DNA of 64,000 nucleotides from Chiloscyllium plagiosum (lineage: Eukaryota), in the NCBI RefSeq assembly GCF_004010195.1, contig NC_057711.1, forward strand, positions 75,519,163-75,583,162, in the 5' to 3' direction. Below are positions 27,811 through 40,437 of this stretch, piece by piece (position 1 is the stretch's first letter; the number at the start of each line of letters is the position of its first letter). Under the pieces are notes generated by a model that worked only from the letters and a program-made list of their open reading frames with translations, searched no databases and was not told where the DNA came from. The translations under genes were made by a program, and so were the position numbers.

Positions 27811-28108
27811 GGGTGGCACGGTGGCTCAGGGGTTGGCACTGCTGCCTCACAGTGCCAGGGACCTGGGTTCAATTCCTGCATTGGGTGACTGTCTGTGCAG
27901 AGTTTGCACATTCTCCCAGGGTCTGTGTGGGTCTCCTCCCAGTGCTCCGGTTTCCTCCCATAGTCCAAAGATGTCTGGGTCAGGTGAATTGGCCATGCTA
28001 AATTCCCAGTAGTGTTAGGTGCATTAGTCAGGGTTACTCTCTGGAGGGTTGGTGTGGATTTGTTAGGCCAAATGGTCTGTTTCCACACTTTAGGGAATCT
28101 AATCTAAA
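27811..28108 (+). mobile_element. HE1-type V-SINE
   Basis: gggtggcacggtggctcag head; V domain; aatctaatcta tail. Confidence 0.88.
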
Positions 28109-28350
28109 TATGGGGATAGTTTGAAAATTTGAAGTTGAGATAGATGATCAGCCATAATTTAGAACAGTGGGATAGGCCGAACAGGATGAAAGACATAATC
28201 CTACTCCTCCGTACTCCTACATTTAAAGGTGGCCTAGCCAGACATGGTGGACAAGGTTTACGGTAAAGACTTGTGCTGGCCCAACAAATGGGGTCAATGG
28301 AACATTGTTTGCAGTTGCATTTAAGACTGTGTACTTTTTTCTTCTTTCAG

Positions 28351-28506
28351 TTGATCTCCAGGTTACCAACTTTAACTGCACTTTGCAACCTGCACACTGA
28401 CAAGCTCCAGGCATTCAAGCTGTTGCACCCAGAGACAGCCAACAGCCTGTTTCCTCCTCTCTACAAGGAGCTCTTTAACCCGGACTCTTCAGTCCTCCCC
28501 AAGTGA
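28351..28506 (+). CDS. RORB: RORB last coding exon (helix 10-12, AF-2 PLYKELF), [51 protein letters not shown]
   Basis: ctttcAG|TTG; ROR-family AF-2 motif [10 protein letters not shown]; TGA at 28504-28506. Confidence 0.97.
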   Translation: MISRLPTLTALCNLHTDKLQAFKLLHPETANSLFPPLYKELFNPDSSVLPK

Positions 28507-31500
28507 CGGTGGTGGCTGGCACACACCATCATGCTTGCAATAAAGCTCTCTTCAGAAAAAGACAAAACACATGTAAATTTGAGACTTCTAAATGAAAAAA
28601 AATTACTACTGCAACACTAGGAATGTCCTGCACTTAAATAGATTCTTTTTCACCGCTACCGATTAAAGAATGTAAATACTGCACCTGATATGGAACTTTT
28701 GTGGAACCATTCAGAAAATGTACAAAAGCTAAGTCATTCTACTTTTATCTGTTTTGGGGGTAAGTTTTAACAATCAGATGCTGGTTAATACTGTTTTATA
28801 ATTAGAACCGTGATTTCACAGTATTATTCCTTCTATTCATGGCTCAAGATATGATTTAAGAGAATTCAGCCTATTGAGCTGAACTGTTTCTCTGTGTATT
28901 TTTTTTCATGTCTTTCATTGGGTCTTGCAATTTTACTTTTGAGGATTTCACAATTCCAATGTATATGGATGCAAGTATATATTTGGAAAAGATGTGAAAG
29001 TTAAAAAGACAAACAAAAGTCTTGTCTGGATTGTTGAGAAATTGAGTGTGGATTCTAGTATGTTAAATGGAAAGATGATTTTAGGGATTTGTTTCTTGGA
29101 AATGTAAACTTTAGATTGAAAAAGCACTAGTTTTCCACATTAAGCTATATTTTTATGTATAAAGTTGCACAGAATGACAAAAACACAAATCAAAAAAGAT
29201 ATTATTTGATCTTTTTAGCTGTAATGGCCATGACAAAGTAATTTCTGTTCTAAAACATTATGTGAAAGCTGTAATGGTCTTTGTTTTTAGTAACAGTTTG
29301 TGTCTCAGTGTGTTTCAGACAGAAGCTGGTAGTAAAATGGTTGGATCTACCAGGAAAGGCTTTTAGCACATATCTTTATTACTCCACGTCGGAGCTGTCA
29401 GTCAGTGAGAGACACTATAACCACATTCCTGTTTTGATATTGCAACTCCCTCTCACTTACTGTTTTCCATACAAGATCCATTTTTGTTCTCAAAATTTTA
29501 TATTTAGAATATCAAGAAGCACTATTTGATTTGTTGGTCTAATTAGACTGAACATAAAATTCTGGATGTTGATATTCTGTTGTAAATGTGCAGTTTATTT
29601 CAGCTTGTTTTGTAGCTCTGCTAATATTCTTAACATCATTCCAATTTCAATTATTTTTGGGAAAAAAGCCCTGCAATGCAACAAATTTCAGCTGGAAATA
29701 GACTTTGATTATTTGACACTAGCATGGAGGAGTTTCTTGGTGCTCAATGAACAGTGGCACTTTATCTTTCTAAGTGCAGTACAGCCACCAGCAAACCAGC
29801 CTATACATTTGTCCTGTAAAATGGTCATCGGCATTACTGGAAGTAGTATTTTACTTTGACTGTTCCTTGTCCTTTATCAAATTCATAATGGGAAAAAGAG
29901 TGCAAATATGATTTTAATTATGATGTCTGCTCTGCCAACAATGGAAATTAATTGAAAATCTAGTAACCTTTAATACTAATGTCTACATATTAAACAGATC
30001 CAAAAATAGGAAAGTTGAACCTATACACTTCATGGCCATAAATTTAATTGTTAGCCTTTGCAATCTATATATAAGGCTTGCATACAATGTAATGAGTTAC
30101 TTACAATTCTTTACGTTTGTGAGACTTATATGGAAAAATACTTTGAAGGCTAATTGTTATCTGAGCAGAAAAATGGCTCTATCACTTATTGCTGTATTCT
30201 AGCAAATCATCAACTAGTGGAGTGCTGATTTAATTTTCCACAGTTGAAGGGAAAACAGCAAAGACTGTGTCTAGATCATACCTTCCAAAGCACATGTAGG
30301 CACACTTAACATTCTTTGAAATATTGCTGTTATTTACAAACCCAAGAAAGCAGACAATTGGCAAAACTTAAAATGAAAGAGGGAGAAAGTGATTACAGCT
30401 TTGTCAGTAAAACTTCTAACTCAAGTGACCCTGTTAGCTCAGAGTGCCATTGAATCTTACAGATGTGACTGTCTTAAATTCAGTCCCTGGTGTCGGTGCT
30501 GTATAAGATTATCTCAGCCAGAGCAGCAGTGGGGTTGCTGCATTTGGTGCATCATTCTTGGGCTAAACTAGTTTTTTTAAAAAAAACTTTATACTCCTCA
30601 TATTCCTGATTCCTGTTTAGTGATGTTAGCTGAAAAGCATGTGTACAGTTGTTCAATGAAGGAAACATTCCGACTTAATTATGACACCTTCCATGCACTA
30701 ATAATTTATTCATATCCATTGTGTAGGCAGCGATATAAAGGATGGCCACTTAGCCAAAGCAATGGAAAACCAGCTAGTATAAATCACCACCATCAGGAGA
30801 GATGGGAAGAAAACTGAAGGTCTAATTTTTCCCATTTTTATAAGGCAAAATTGCTTTACAACAAAATCTATTGAATTAATTTATGAATAGAACTGCAGCT
30901 TTTCCATTTGCCTTCCACAATCATCACTTTTTGTCTCAAAATTAAGTGGCTAAAGGGGAAGAGCAAGTTAAATAAAACATTTGCCAGTTGCTCTGCTGAA
31001 ATAATGCCTTCCACACAGTGCAGAAATGTAAAACCAATGTTACACTGTGGCATTCTCGTCTTGATATCTTTCCCTTTCAATTTGACAAAAGAAAACCCCA
31101 CTCTGATCTTTACAGAAGTTCATTGTACTTCTGATTTAGCTCTCAATGTTTGTTCTTTCCTCTCTCCTGAAATTAAAAAAAATCTCTAGACGTAACTGTT
31201 TTTGACATGCCCTCTGTCTAAAATGAGCTAGGAGTTAATTAGATGTTTATTAGTATACAGTTTGTATGGGATTGCCAATTTTATATACAACAAGCTTGCC
31301 CATTTTACTAGAGTTTCAAGGCACTTTTCCAAGACATTTTATTGCATTTAAATTACTGCACAAGATTTTTGTTTTGCTCACAATATAACTCTCTCTTTAC
31401 AGCTAGATAGCAACCAATATTTGCTCTCAGCTGCCATCATTGTTCTATTGTGTATTGACCATTGAACACTATCTTCCATTCCTTAGCAATAATTTGTTAT

Positions 31501-31509
31501 CTGTGTGCA

Positions 31510-31850
31510 CTCATGGGATGGGTTTATATTTAATGTCCATTCTTAATTGCCCTCTGAGCAATTAAGAGTCATCTACATTGCTGTGGATTTGGAGTCACAT
31601 GGAGACTGCACAAAGTAAGGATGCAGATTCTCTTCCCTTCAGGACATAAGTGAACAATCATGTGGTTTTAATGACAAGTAACAGTGGTTGCAAAGGTCGC
31701 CATTAGACTGGCTTTTTATCCCAGATTTTTTCATTGAATTCAAATTACACTGTCTCCCTTTGTATTATTCGAACAAATGTTCTTGAGTAATAACCTGAAA
31801 TTCTGGATTACTAGTCCAGTGACTTGACAACTAGAGCACCAACTCCCATT
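31510..31850 (-). mobile_element. tRNA-derived SINE (same family as 16900-17165)
   Basis: tctggattactagtccagtgac (rc of the head) and aattgccctctg tail. Confidence 0.65.
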
Positions 31851-33289
31851 CATAGTATCCATTGGGAAAGCTAGTTTGTACAATTTAAATAACACACTTA
31901 CACAGGCATGATTTAAACAGACTGCTCTGGCAAATTTGAGATTTTCTGTAATTCTGACATCGGTTGGCTTTGAAATTTGTCATTGTTGACTCTGGACACT
32001 AAATGTAAGACCAACTGAAAAAATGTTCTGATCTGTTAGAATTTGAAAGCAATTTTTTTTTAAAATGTGAAACATAATGAGACAGGTTTTCCTGTTTCAG
32101 CATCTGGACACATTAGGAATGAAATGCCTGAAAGGGAATCATCTAATTTTCTCCCTATTCATGTAAATGGATAGAGAATACAACGGGTTCCCTTTCAGAC
32201 ATCTGAACATTTCTCAAAACATTGCAACTGACTAATTCAATTCAGTACAACTAAAAACAGAAAAGTCAACTGTCCATTGTGCTCGTCCATTTGTTTTAGA
32301 AAGACCTGTTACTCAGTTTCTTGCTGTGCTTTATTGCATTTGGCAATGCACACAACATTCCACAGAACTTTTGCGATCCCAAGTTCGTGCTGCAGACTAT
32401 TTATAAAGAATTTTATGGAAATTTGACTCCTATAACAGGAGCGGGGATAACAACATTGTTCAAAGGGTGTGTTTCTAAATTCAAACCAGCACTCATGGAA
32501 AGACAAAACATTTCAACCAAGGATCTCAAATATTTAAGATCTCTTTTCACAATAATTTATTCAAGTTGCCATCAAATTAAAGAGTCCATGCTGATTGCAA
32601 AAAAAGGGTAATGGGAACACTAAACACTAATCTTTCCGTGCTTTGATGACAACTTCTTAAATAAGGACAAGAAAAAGCAACAAAAACCATTTTAAATTTA
32701 AATCCTACTGAGTGCAGCATACTGAACATTGGTGCTGTCATTATTTTTGTTTAACTTTTCAAAGCAGTTTGGTTACTGTAATTTTTTATTAGTGAGGATT
32801 AAATTCCATATTTTGCAAAACATTAAGGAATGAGATGAAATATTGTTCTATGACAATATGGAAAAAGTATTCCTTCTGATAATATTTGCAATGTTACTCC
32901 ACACAGCAGCTGGAGTCGTTCTTCTTTCTAAACACCCGATGTGTTATCAAGGAGTTAAGTTTGATCATCAGAGTAGACAAGTGAAAAAATCTTCATTTAC
33001 TAAATTGACAAACCTGGCAAATTTATGCATCAGAAACTGCAAGATCTACTTTCACACAAAATCTTTATTATTTTTGGATAATTTTGCCTCAAAAAATATT
33101 CAAAATATGTAATGTCTTTGTTAACAAATGCACTTTTAAAAATTCAGACCCTTTTATTTTAAATATGTGCAAAGAAACCTGCAAACACAATATTTTCTTA
33201 TGACGAGGAGCAGGTGAAAGAAACAAACTTGATGTCCTGGTCTGAAAATAAAAACCTAATTCTCACCAGGAGAATCAATCATGAGCACT

Positions 33290-33700
33290 AGGTACCCCTA
33301 ATTCACAATGTTCTGCATTCAAGTCCCACATAAGGGCTTGAGTACAAAATTCAGTGCTTGACTTTCTAGTGCAAGACTGGGGGAAGTGTTTGGATTGACA
33401 AATCTGGTTGGAGACTTTCCTGGAGATTTCTTCATGTTGGCAACACTAACTATTGGAGGTGCCATCTTGCAATGAGATATGAAACTGTGACAATATCTAC
33501 TTGTTTGGTAGACGCAAGAGTTCTCATGCCTCTAGTTTGAAGAAGAGCAGGGCAGTTTTCCCTGTTAAAAAATGTATCTCCTAATCAACGTCATAAGAAC
33601 AAATTGCCTGGTGTTAATCATAGTGCTGTTTGTGGGAGTTGCTGAGTGCACATTTATTGCTGTGTTCATAACAACACTTCAAAAGCACATCATTGTCCTA
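33290..33700 (+). mobile_element. Deu-domain SINE within the probable RORB 3'UTR
   Basis: ggaggtgccatctt...tgagat...tttgaagaagagcaggg...gctgtttgtgggagttgctg. Confidence 0.65.
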
Positions 33701-35576
33701 TGTTCCATGGGTACAAATGTAGGTTACTGTTCAGGAGCGTCAAAGAGTGGAGGGAGCAGACTAAACAAAATTGTGGGCATAAACTGAATTGAAGGAATAC
33801 TTGGCTGCAGTGGGAAATGGCATAGTGGCACAGTTTACCCCTCCCGATTTTCCCAGAGTTGCGTTTGTAACCATATCAACAACTCTCCTGACAGAGGCAA
33901 GATTTAAATCAAGGTATTTAATGAGGTTTCAATGAGCCAAACACTGCTGACTTTAACATGGCAGTGCACTGTCATGAGGATGATATCAGCAGCCTTCCCT
34001 TACCCTGGGTCAGAATCATGGCAACTCAACAGAATCAGTTGAAAATATTTGAAAAATGACAAGGATGCTGCCTTGCTTGATCAGAGGCCTGCTACTGCAT
34101 TAGGATCGCAAGGAAGCTGATGTGTCCGACAGTGCTGCATCTATTATAGTGACAGCTGCTCCTTTGGTGAAGTGGCAGCCTTTCTTGAGTTCATACTCCT
34201 TGGATTTCAGCAATGTTGTCACTGGTGAGACAGTGGAGTCTGCTGGTCAATGGCAATGGTCCATAATGTATCAAACTCCTCCCTTCCAGATCCAACTGCC
34301 ATTTTTAATTGGACAAGCTTAGAGGCCGTCAAGCAAGGATTTGGCCAGTGGGCATGCAGCTACAGTGAGCAGGGGCAGGATCTGAATGTAATTCCAAAAC
34401 TTGAGAATGATCTAAATATAAAAGATTCCAGCCTAGGGTCTCATATGAAGCAAAAGCAGAAAGTGCTGAGGAAACTCAATGTCTGACACCATCTTTGGAG
34501 AGAGAAACAAATTTAACAAATTAAATCCAATATGATTCTTCTTCAGACACCTAAACCAGAGACCATGCAGAAAGCATGAGATCAGAAAATTGCCCTCTGA
34601 AATATTTGTTTTAAGCATAGAGTGATACACCACTGACTAGATATTTCAGTCAATTTCTGATTGACAGAAATTGTTTGTAGTAGAAACAGTAATATTTTGA
34701 ATATAGATTAGCAAGTCTGTCAGCACTAATGGAATTAAAATTCAGAGAATAAAACAAGATGTTGATTCCTTACTGCCTATTTTCCATTAATGCACAGTTA
34801 GAGTCTACCACAAGAATTCAGCCCAGTAACAATTTTCTGATGAACAGTAAGCTTGTGAGAGCACTGCCCTGTTTTGACTCTGCAATTTAAACTTTCCCTT
34901 GAAATTGAAATTTGGTTTACAAGCTTTTTATTTTGGCCAGTAGAGGGTGGCAGATCTCTTATCAGCAAAATTAACCAGCAGTAAACTGATTGTTTTAACT
35001 TGCTTACCAACAGGACCAAACTGCACCAACGATGGCAACAATGCAAAGTCATAATGAAAATAAGCGTACAAACCTGTTTTGTATATAAATCTGTCACAAC
35101 CTGTGCTGAAATTTTTACAATATTTTGAAACACTTCTGATACATTTTGATATATTTGTCACAGTTACACTTTTAGCATCTTTTGGGAGGAAAATATTTTT
35201 GTAATAATAGTTTAACCTTCTTCCTACTGAGGCAGTAGGAAATTTGTAAATTGCTGAACTATGTTAAAGGGAAAATATATTTTATTTCCAGATCATTTAA
35301 CATAAAAGTGAGGTAGTTTTCTTTGTTCCCGTTGCAAAGCTTTTAGCACTTAATTGTATAGTTGTGATATTGTGGGGTAAAATTGTAAATATATTTATCG
35401 AGGATTGATGCATGCAATGTGATTTTCTCTTGCCTCTGATGGTTTATATATAACTATGTGGAAGGATAGTGACATTTTATAGGTTATTGTTTTGTACATT
35501 TGAAGTTCTCTCTTTTCAAACCATCTCCCTATCCAGGATATTGAATTTTATAAGACATTTACAGCCATTTTGTATG

Positions 35577-35582
35577 AATAAA
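35577..35582 (+). terminator. Candidate distal polyadenylation signal of RORB
   Basis: AATAAA preceded by TGTA (CFIm-type motif) and followed by ttttgtttttat. Confidence 0.5.
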
Positions 35583-37839
35583 GGTCCAATAATTTTGTTT
35601 TTATAAGTTATAAACTTCAAGAGACTTAGTGGCAAAGTGCATTCTGCATACTGTCCCTTTGTTTCAAACTAATGGGATGAATGTGTCTTCACACTGGTGG
35701 CTGTAATGATCATACATGGAGTAGTCAAGACCTAAAATCAGTTTATATTAACTATGAATACTTCTTCAAAAGCTCACCATCATTCCTGTTTACACTGATT
35801 AAGGAGATAGAAATGGAACACAGATGGATTGGGGTGTTTGATTTGCAAAACGTGAGAAATAAAGAATCTCTATTGGCACTTTTTTTTAATTTTAAAGCTA
35901 GTTCATACTGATACTTTTATTGTGCTACTTCGAAATCTGGTGTGTGAGAGTATACATGACTTAAAATAAATTAGTTTCACACTCAACATTTGATATGTCA
36001 TAAAGTAAAGGTTTTCAAATTGATGCATCTTGGCAATATTCTGGTGACTGTAAACATTGGCAGTTGAGATGCATAAACCTCACCTTGATGTCAGTGGAAG
36101 AGTTTTATTTTGATGTGCGATGTCAAATAAAACCATGAAGCCATTTATAAAGAATTGGTTTACAATTTCATTAAACATAGCGTAGAAAGGAAATCTTCCC
36201 CATGACGATTTTTTGCAGATGCACAAAAGCATAGTTGTGATTTTGGACATTAGTGCAAAATGGACAATGTTGATTATTTTGCATCTCTTCCTCTTATTTT
36301 CATTGAATTATAGTAAAAGGAGGGAAAAATGGTGTGAGGTGTATAAGAAGCAGTTGAATCAATATTACATAGTTTACATTAATGTCCAAAGTTGTAACTT
36401 CCTGCAGTAAAATGGTGATATCACTTGCTGGCTTAGATGGATTCACCTGGTACATACTGTATCTCACCGTGTGGATGATATAGTTATACAAAGTTCTGGA
36501 TTCTGTCATTGAGTGGAGAGACAAGAATCATTTAATTCCTTATTATCATCATTAATTTTCCTAGTCTCAAGCATGAACAAAACATCAATAAATTCCATGT
36601 ACAGTACCTTCATTTCTTAATCAACATAACATTACATACATTTAATGCAAGTTATAATTTATGTCTGCTAAAACAAAATGAATGATTGTTTGATTCTGAC
36701 CATTCAGTGAGCATGCAGCTCAAAAATATAAATAATATTTATTTATTACATTATTGTGATTTTATAAGTGAACCATATGAAAATTACTAACTTTGTTACT
36801 GTTATAAGTTGAAACAGAAACAAATATTGAACTTTTCCCCCACCTCTGAATGGCCAAGTTTTAAACCAGGCAATTTTGAATCAACATTCAGGACCTTCCT
36901 TATGCGTAGCACGTGATTGTTAGTACTTGAAAAATAGATGCACTTTTTATGACCCAGGCCCTCGTTTTTTGTTTTATTTTGTGATGTGTTTTGCTAATGA
37001 AACAGGTTATAAGAAAACACTAGAGAGAACGGAACAATCTGAAATATTGCCTATCCCTAGAATTATCTGCCTAAAAACAGAATTCCATGTGGGTGATGGG
37101 TGTATTTAATGGAGATGACAGGGGGTCCCGCCTGTTGTCTGGAGAGTCACTGAGAGTCCTGTGTCATCTCTTTTAGCAAAAATCGACCGCATTATGTCCA
37201 CTAGAGAGGGGCATGCCTTCTGCAGGAATGAGGAGCACAACAGCAGAAGTCCCACAAGCAAAAATACACTGAGCTCTAGCAATGACACTAAGAAGGTGGT
37301 TTGCAATTGCCAGTACAACAGACACTTAAGGTGTATCATTGCTAGCTCCTAGGTCAGAGGTGAGTGATGGCAGGAGGGGTTAGCATTGCACTGGGAGATT
37401 GGCAGTGGGGGTGAGAGTTGGATTTCATCAGGCTCCCCCAGTTTGAATGCTGGGTCCCTTGATGAGGCAATGAGTGCCATTGAATGAGGGATCGTCATAA
37501 AATTCAACAAGGTTAGCTTGCTGTATTTCCCACATTTCCCTACCCATCTCTAGGTTAATACCAGCAGTGATCAGAAGAAGCCTTTATGTGGATACTAATT
37601 GTTTTCAAATCCTGAACTTAGCCAGAGTGGAGACAGAAAGCCATTATGGTTTTCCCTGCCTGATTAAGTGACCCACCATCAAACTCGTCACTGAAAAGGG
37701 AAATTACTTCAGCCCTTTACATATATGGTAATCTGGTAAAAACTGTATGCATCTTATACGATTTATCACAGAAACGGGCTGGTTTAAGCTAGAACTTGAA
37801 TTAGAATTTTCGTTCGGTTGCAAACTTTGTCAATATTGA

Positions 37840-39228
37840 GGGTTGAATCTTATGTTTAATTTGGCTAAGTTTGAAGTAATTGAGGATTTTCTGGAGGGAT
37901 TTCTGCCACGAAGCCTATTGAGTTTTCTCACCACATTTTACTAAACCTGCCTCCTTAACTACCTACTCTGTCCCTGTGGTGTGCCTTGCATCCATTTCTG
38001 ACTAAACTTACCATGTTTTATCCCAAAACTCTGCGATATACCAGAATTCATCATCATCCCATGCACACATGACATCTTCAAAAACCCTATTGTGCACGTA
38101 GACAAGCAGTATCAGTCCAGAGCTACCTAGCACGATTCCTGACATTTTCCTCAGAAATGGTAGACAGGGGAAATTTTTTGCCCTGTTTTGTAGGTAGTGA
38201 CCTGGAGGTCCTGCTAGGAGGAGCGATATATACACAGGACTTCCTCCTCCCCAAGACCTAGAGTGAAGGCTATGACACCAGTCCATGCCAGCTGGGTTGG
38301 AAGTTGCTATCCAGGTTAATGCAGTCTCAGCACCTGGCAGAAGGAGAGTACTGTACGCTGCAGGTCAATCTCCTTCTTAACTTCACAAATATAAGCTCCA
38401 CCAGCTTTTCTCCGTTACTTCACCTTCTGTCTATCTCACTTCCCAACAAAGCTCACTCTCTACCACTCTTACTATTGTCGACAGCATCTTCTCTCACTCG
38501 GCACCCATTCCAACTCCCCGACGTCACTAATCCTGCATGTCCTCTGTGCTATCTACTTACTCAGTCGGGACATCCTGTTTCCTGTCCCAAGAGTAACATC
38601 TGTGTTGCCCACTTTCTCCTCCCATAATACCTTCCTCTCTTTCAATCCAGGTGGAAACAGCCACAATAGATTAGAAAGACCGGTAATAAGCTGCCTAACA
38701 TTCAGTTCCTTACCCCTCATCTGGACAGCATCCTGACTGACTGCCCAGAGTGGCTGACTATTTCCAAGCCCCTGAACTAACCTGAGAGGTTTCTTTTGAC
38801 TTACTGTGCCAGGATCAACTGAATAAAGGCTATTTCCCTTTGACTTGACTGCAGCTTGCTGACAACTGTGACAAGATTCCTGGATTTATATCTGCACTAA
38901 CCAGCAACGCAAATCAGAAGTCATGTGAGTCGGATATCTCTGACTGAGGGAGAAAAGCCCAAAAAAAGAGAAAGCAAGGTAATGCAAGATAGAGAGCACC
39001 CAAGTAGATTTAGATTGAGTGTGCACTATGAGTGAGTGAAAATGCAGCTTGGTCCACGCTTTGAGCTGGGTGCATATCTCTGAATGTAAAGTGAACTTGC
39101 TGCAGCTTTCCAGTGCAGCCCAAGGTGCAACATTAAGGTGCAAAAGCATCCTGCAGTAGAATCAGAGATTTGGCATGAGGGTTCTTAGAGGCTGAATACA
39201 TGTCAGGTGCCAGTGTAAGATTAATCCT
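37840..39228 (+). mobile_element. Ancient PIF/Harbinger-like element with a Myb/SANT ORF remnant
   Basis: Candidate TIRs gggttgaatcttat / gtaagattaatcct; from 38181 reads PCFVGSDLEVLL...LEVAIQVNAVS. Confidence 0.5.
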
Positions 39229-40019
39229 CCTTTGCACCAAAGGTTAAACAGTAGTAAATATACTTATTTTTGAAAGTTGCTGCCCTAATTCATTTAAGAT
39301 CATATGAGTTCTATTGTCTGAATGAGCTAGCACAGTATGCTGCTTCATTCTTGCAATATTCTTCAATGTCACCATGATCATTACAGCTTTAAACAAAATG
39401 ATTAAAAATTGCTGTTTACTTGAAGCAAAACAAACTTTCTTGTCCCCTAAAAATCAATCCTTCTTGGCTCAACTGTAAAGCTACACCTTGCAAAGTGCTT
39501 GAAAAATGAGAGATTGTTGACCAGTTAATGGTCAAATCCATGGAAAATTACCCATGGCGAAATCTCAGATGTATAAAAATGTAAAATTGGCACTATAATC
39601 TGAAAGTCAGATCTGCCTAGGAACAGCACTAAGATAGGAGGTTTGAGTGTATTTCCGGGGTGGAGACCGTACTTGTCAGACAACTGTACTGCACTGCAAA
39701 GCCAAATTTTGAATGATCTATAAAGTGAAAGTTTTATACTTGATTTTGAATCCCATTAATTTAGTGCTGAGACTCCCTGCTGCTGATTCTATTTTAAAGT
39801 CGGTAGTTTGATTTGCACTGAGAGGGTCATGAGCAATGCTTGACTCATGCCTGCATGACTCTACGGAACTCATGTGTCACTGGACATAGAATAACGAAAG
39901 AGGTTGCAACTTTACATCAGAGTCACGACACTAACTCCTGAAGATTATGAACAAAATATTGTACTCACAGAAGTATCTCACCTCAGAAAATGTCAGTAAA
40001 TGGAATAAACAATAACCAG

Positions 40020-40435
40020 GAGAAAGTGAGGTCTGCAGATGCTGGAGATCAAAGTTGAAACTTTATTGCTGGAACAGCACAGCAGGTCAGGCAGCATCCA
40101 GGGAACAGGAGATTCGACGTTTCGGGCACAGGCCGAAGAAATGTCCCAACAAATGCTCACTCAATTGTTCAATTGCTGGTAAGCCCAGCAAGAACCCGGG
40201 ACATTAGTTATTCTATTACTCCTCAGCCATGAGCAATAGCAGTTGTATGGTGACTGTTTAATATGATCTATCGATCAGGGTTATGCCTGATGAGGTCAGT
40301 GTTCATAATTCATACTCTACCATTTTAGTTCAGAAACTTACCAGTCTCTTGATTGAGGAAAATTCCATCAAATTGGCTTTTAGGAATTTGCTAGTTGATA
40401 TAATTTCCTGAAGAAGGGCCTGTGCCCGAAACGTC
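40020..40435. mobile_element. Fold-back PLE family 1 insertion enclosing a 265-bp copy of 40981-41245
   Basis: 17-bp TSD GAATAAACAATAACCAG at 40003-40019 and 40436-40452; inverted PLE arms; 40142-40406 identical by eye to 40981-41245. Confidence 0.8.
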
Positions 40436-40437
40436 GA
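40406..40437 (+). ncRNA. Minimal hammerhead ribozyme (PLE family 1 variant)
   Basis: tc-CTGAAGA-a-gggc[ctgt]gccc-GAAA-cg-TC-ga. Confidence 0.68.

Larger units (their letters stand above)
28507..35600 (+). other. RORB: Probable long RORB 3'UTR
   Basis: Follows the stop codon; AT-rich; no young LINEs; AATAAA at 35577-35582 followed by a U/GU-rich tract. The true 3' end cannot be proven from sequence. Confidence 0.55.
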
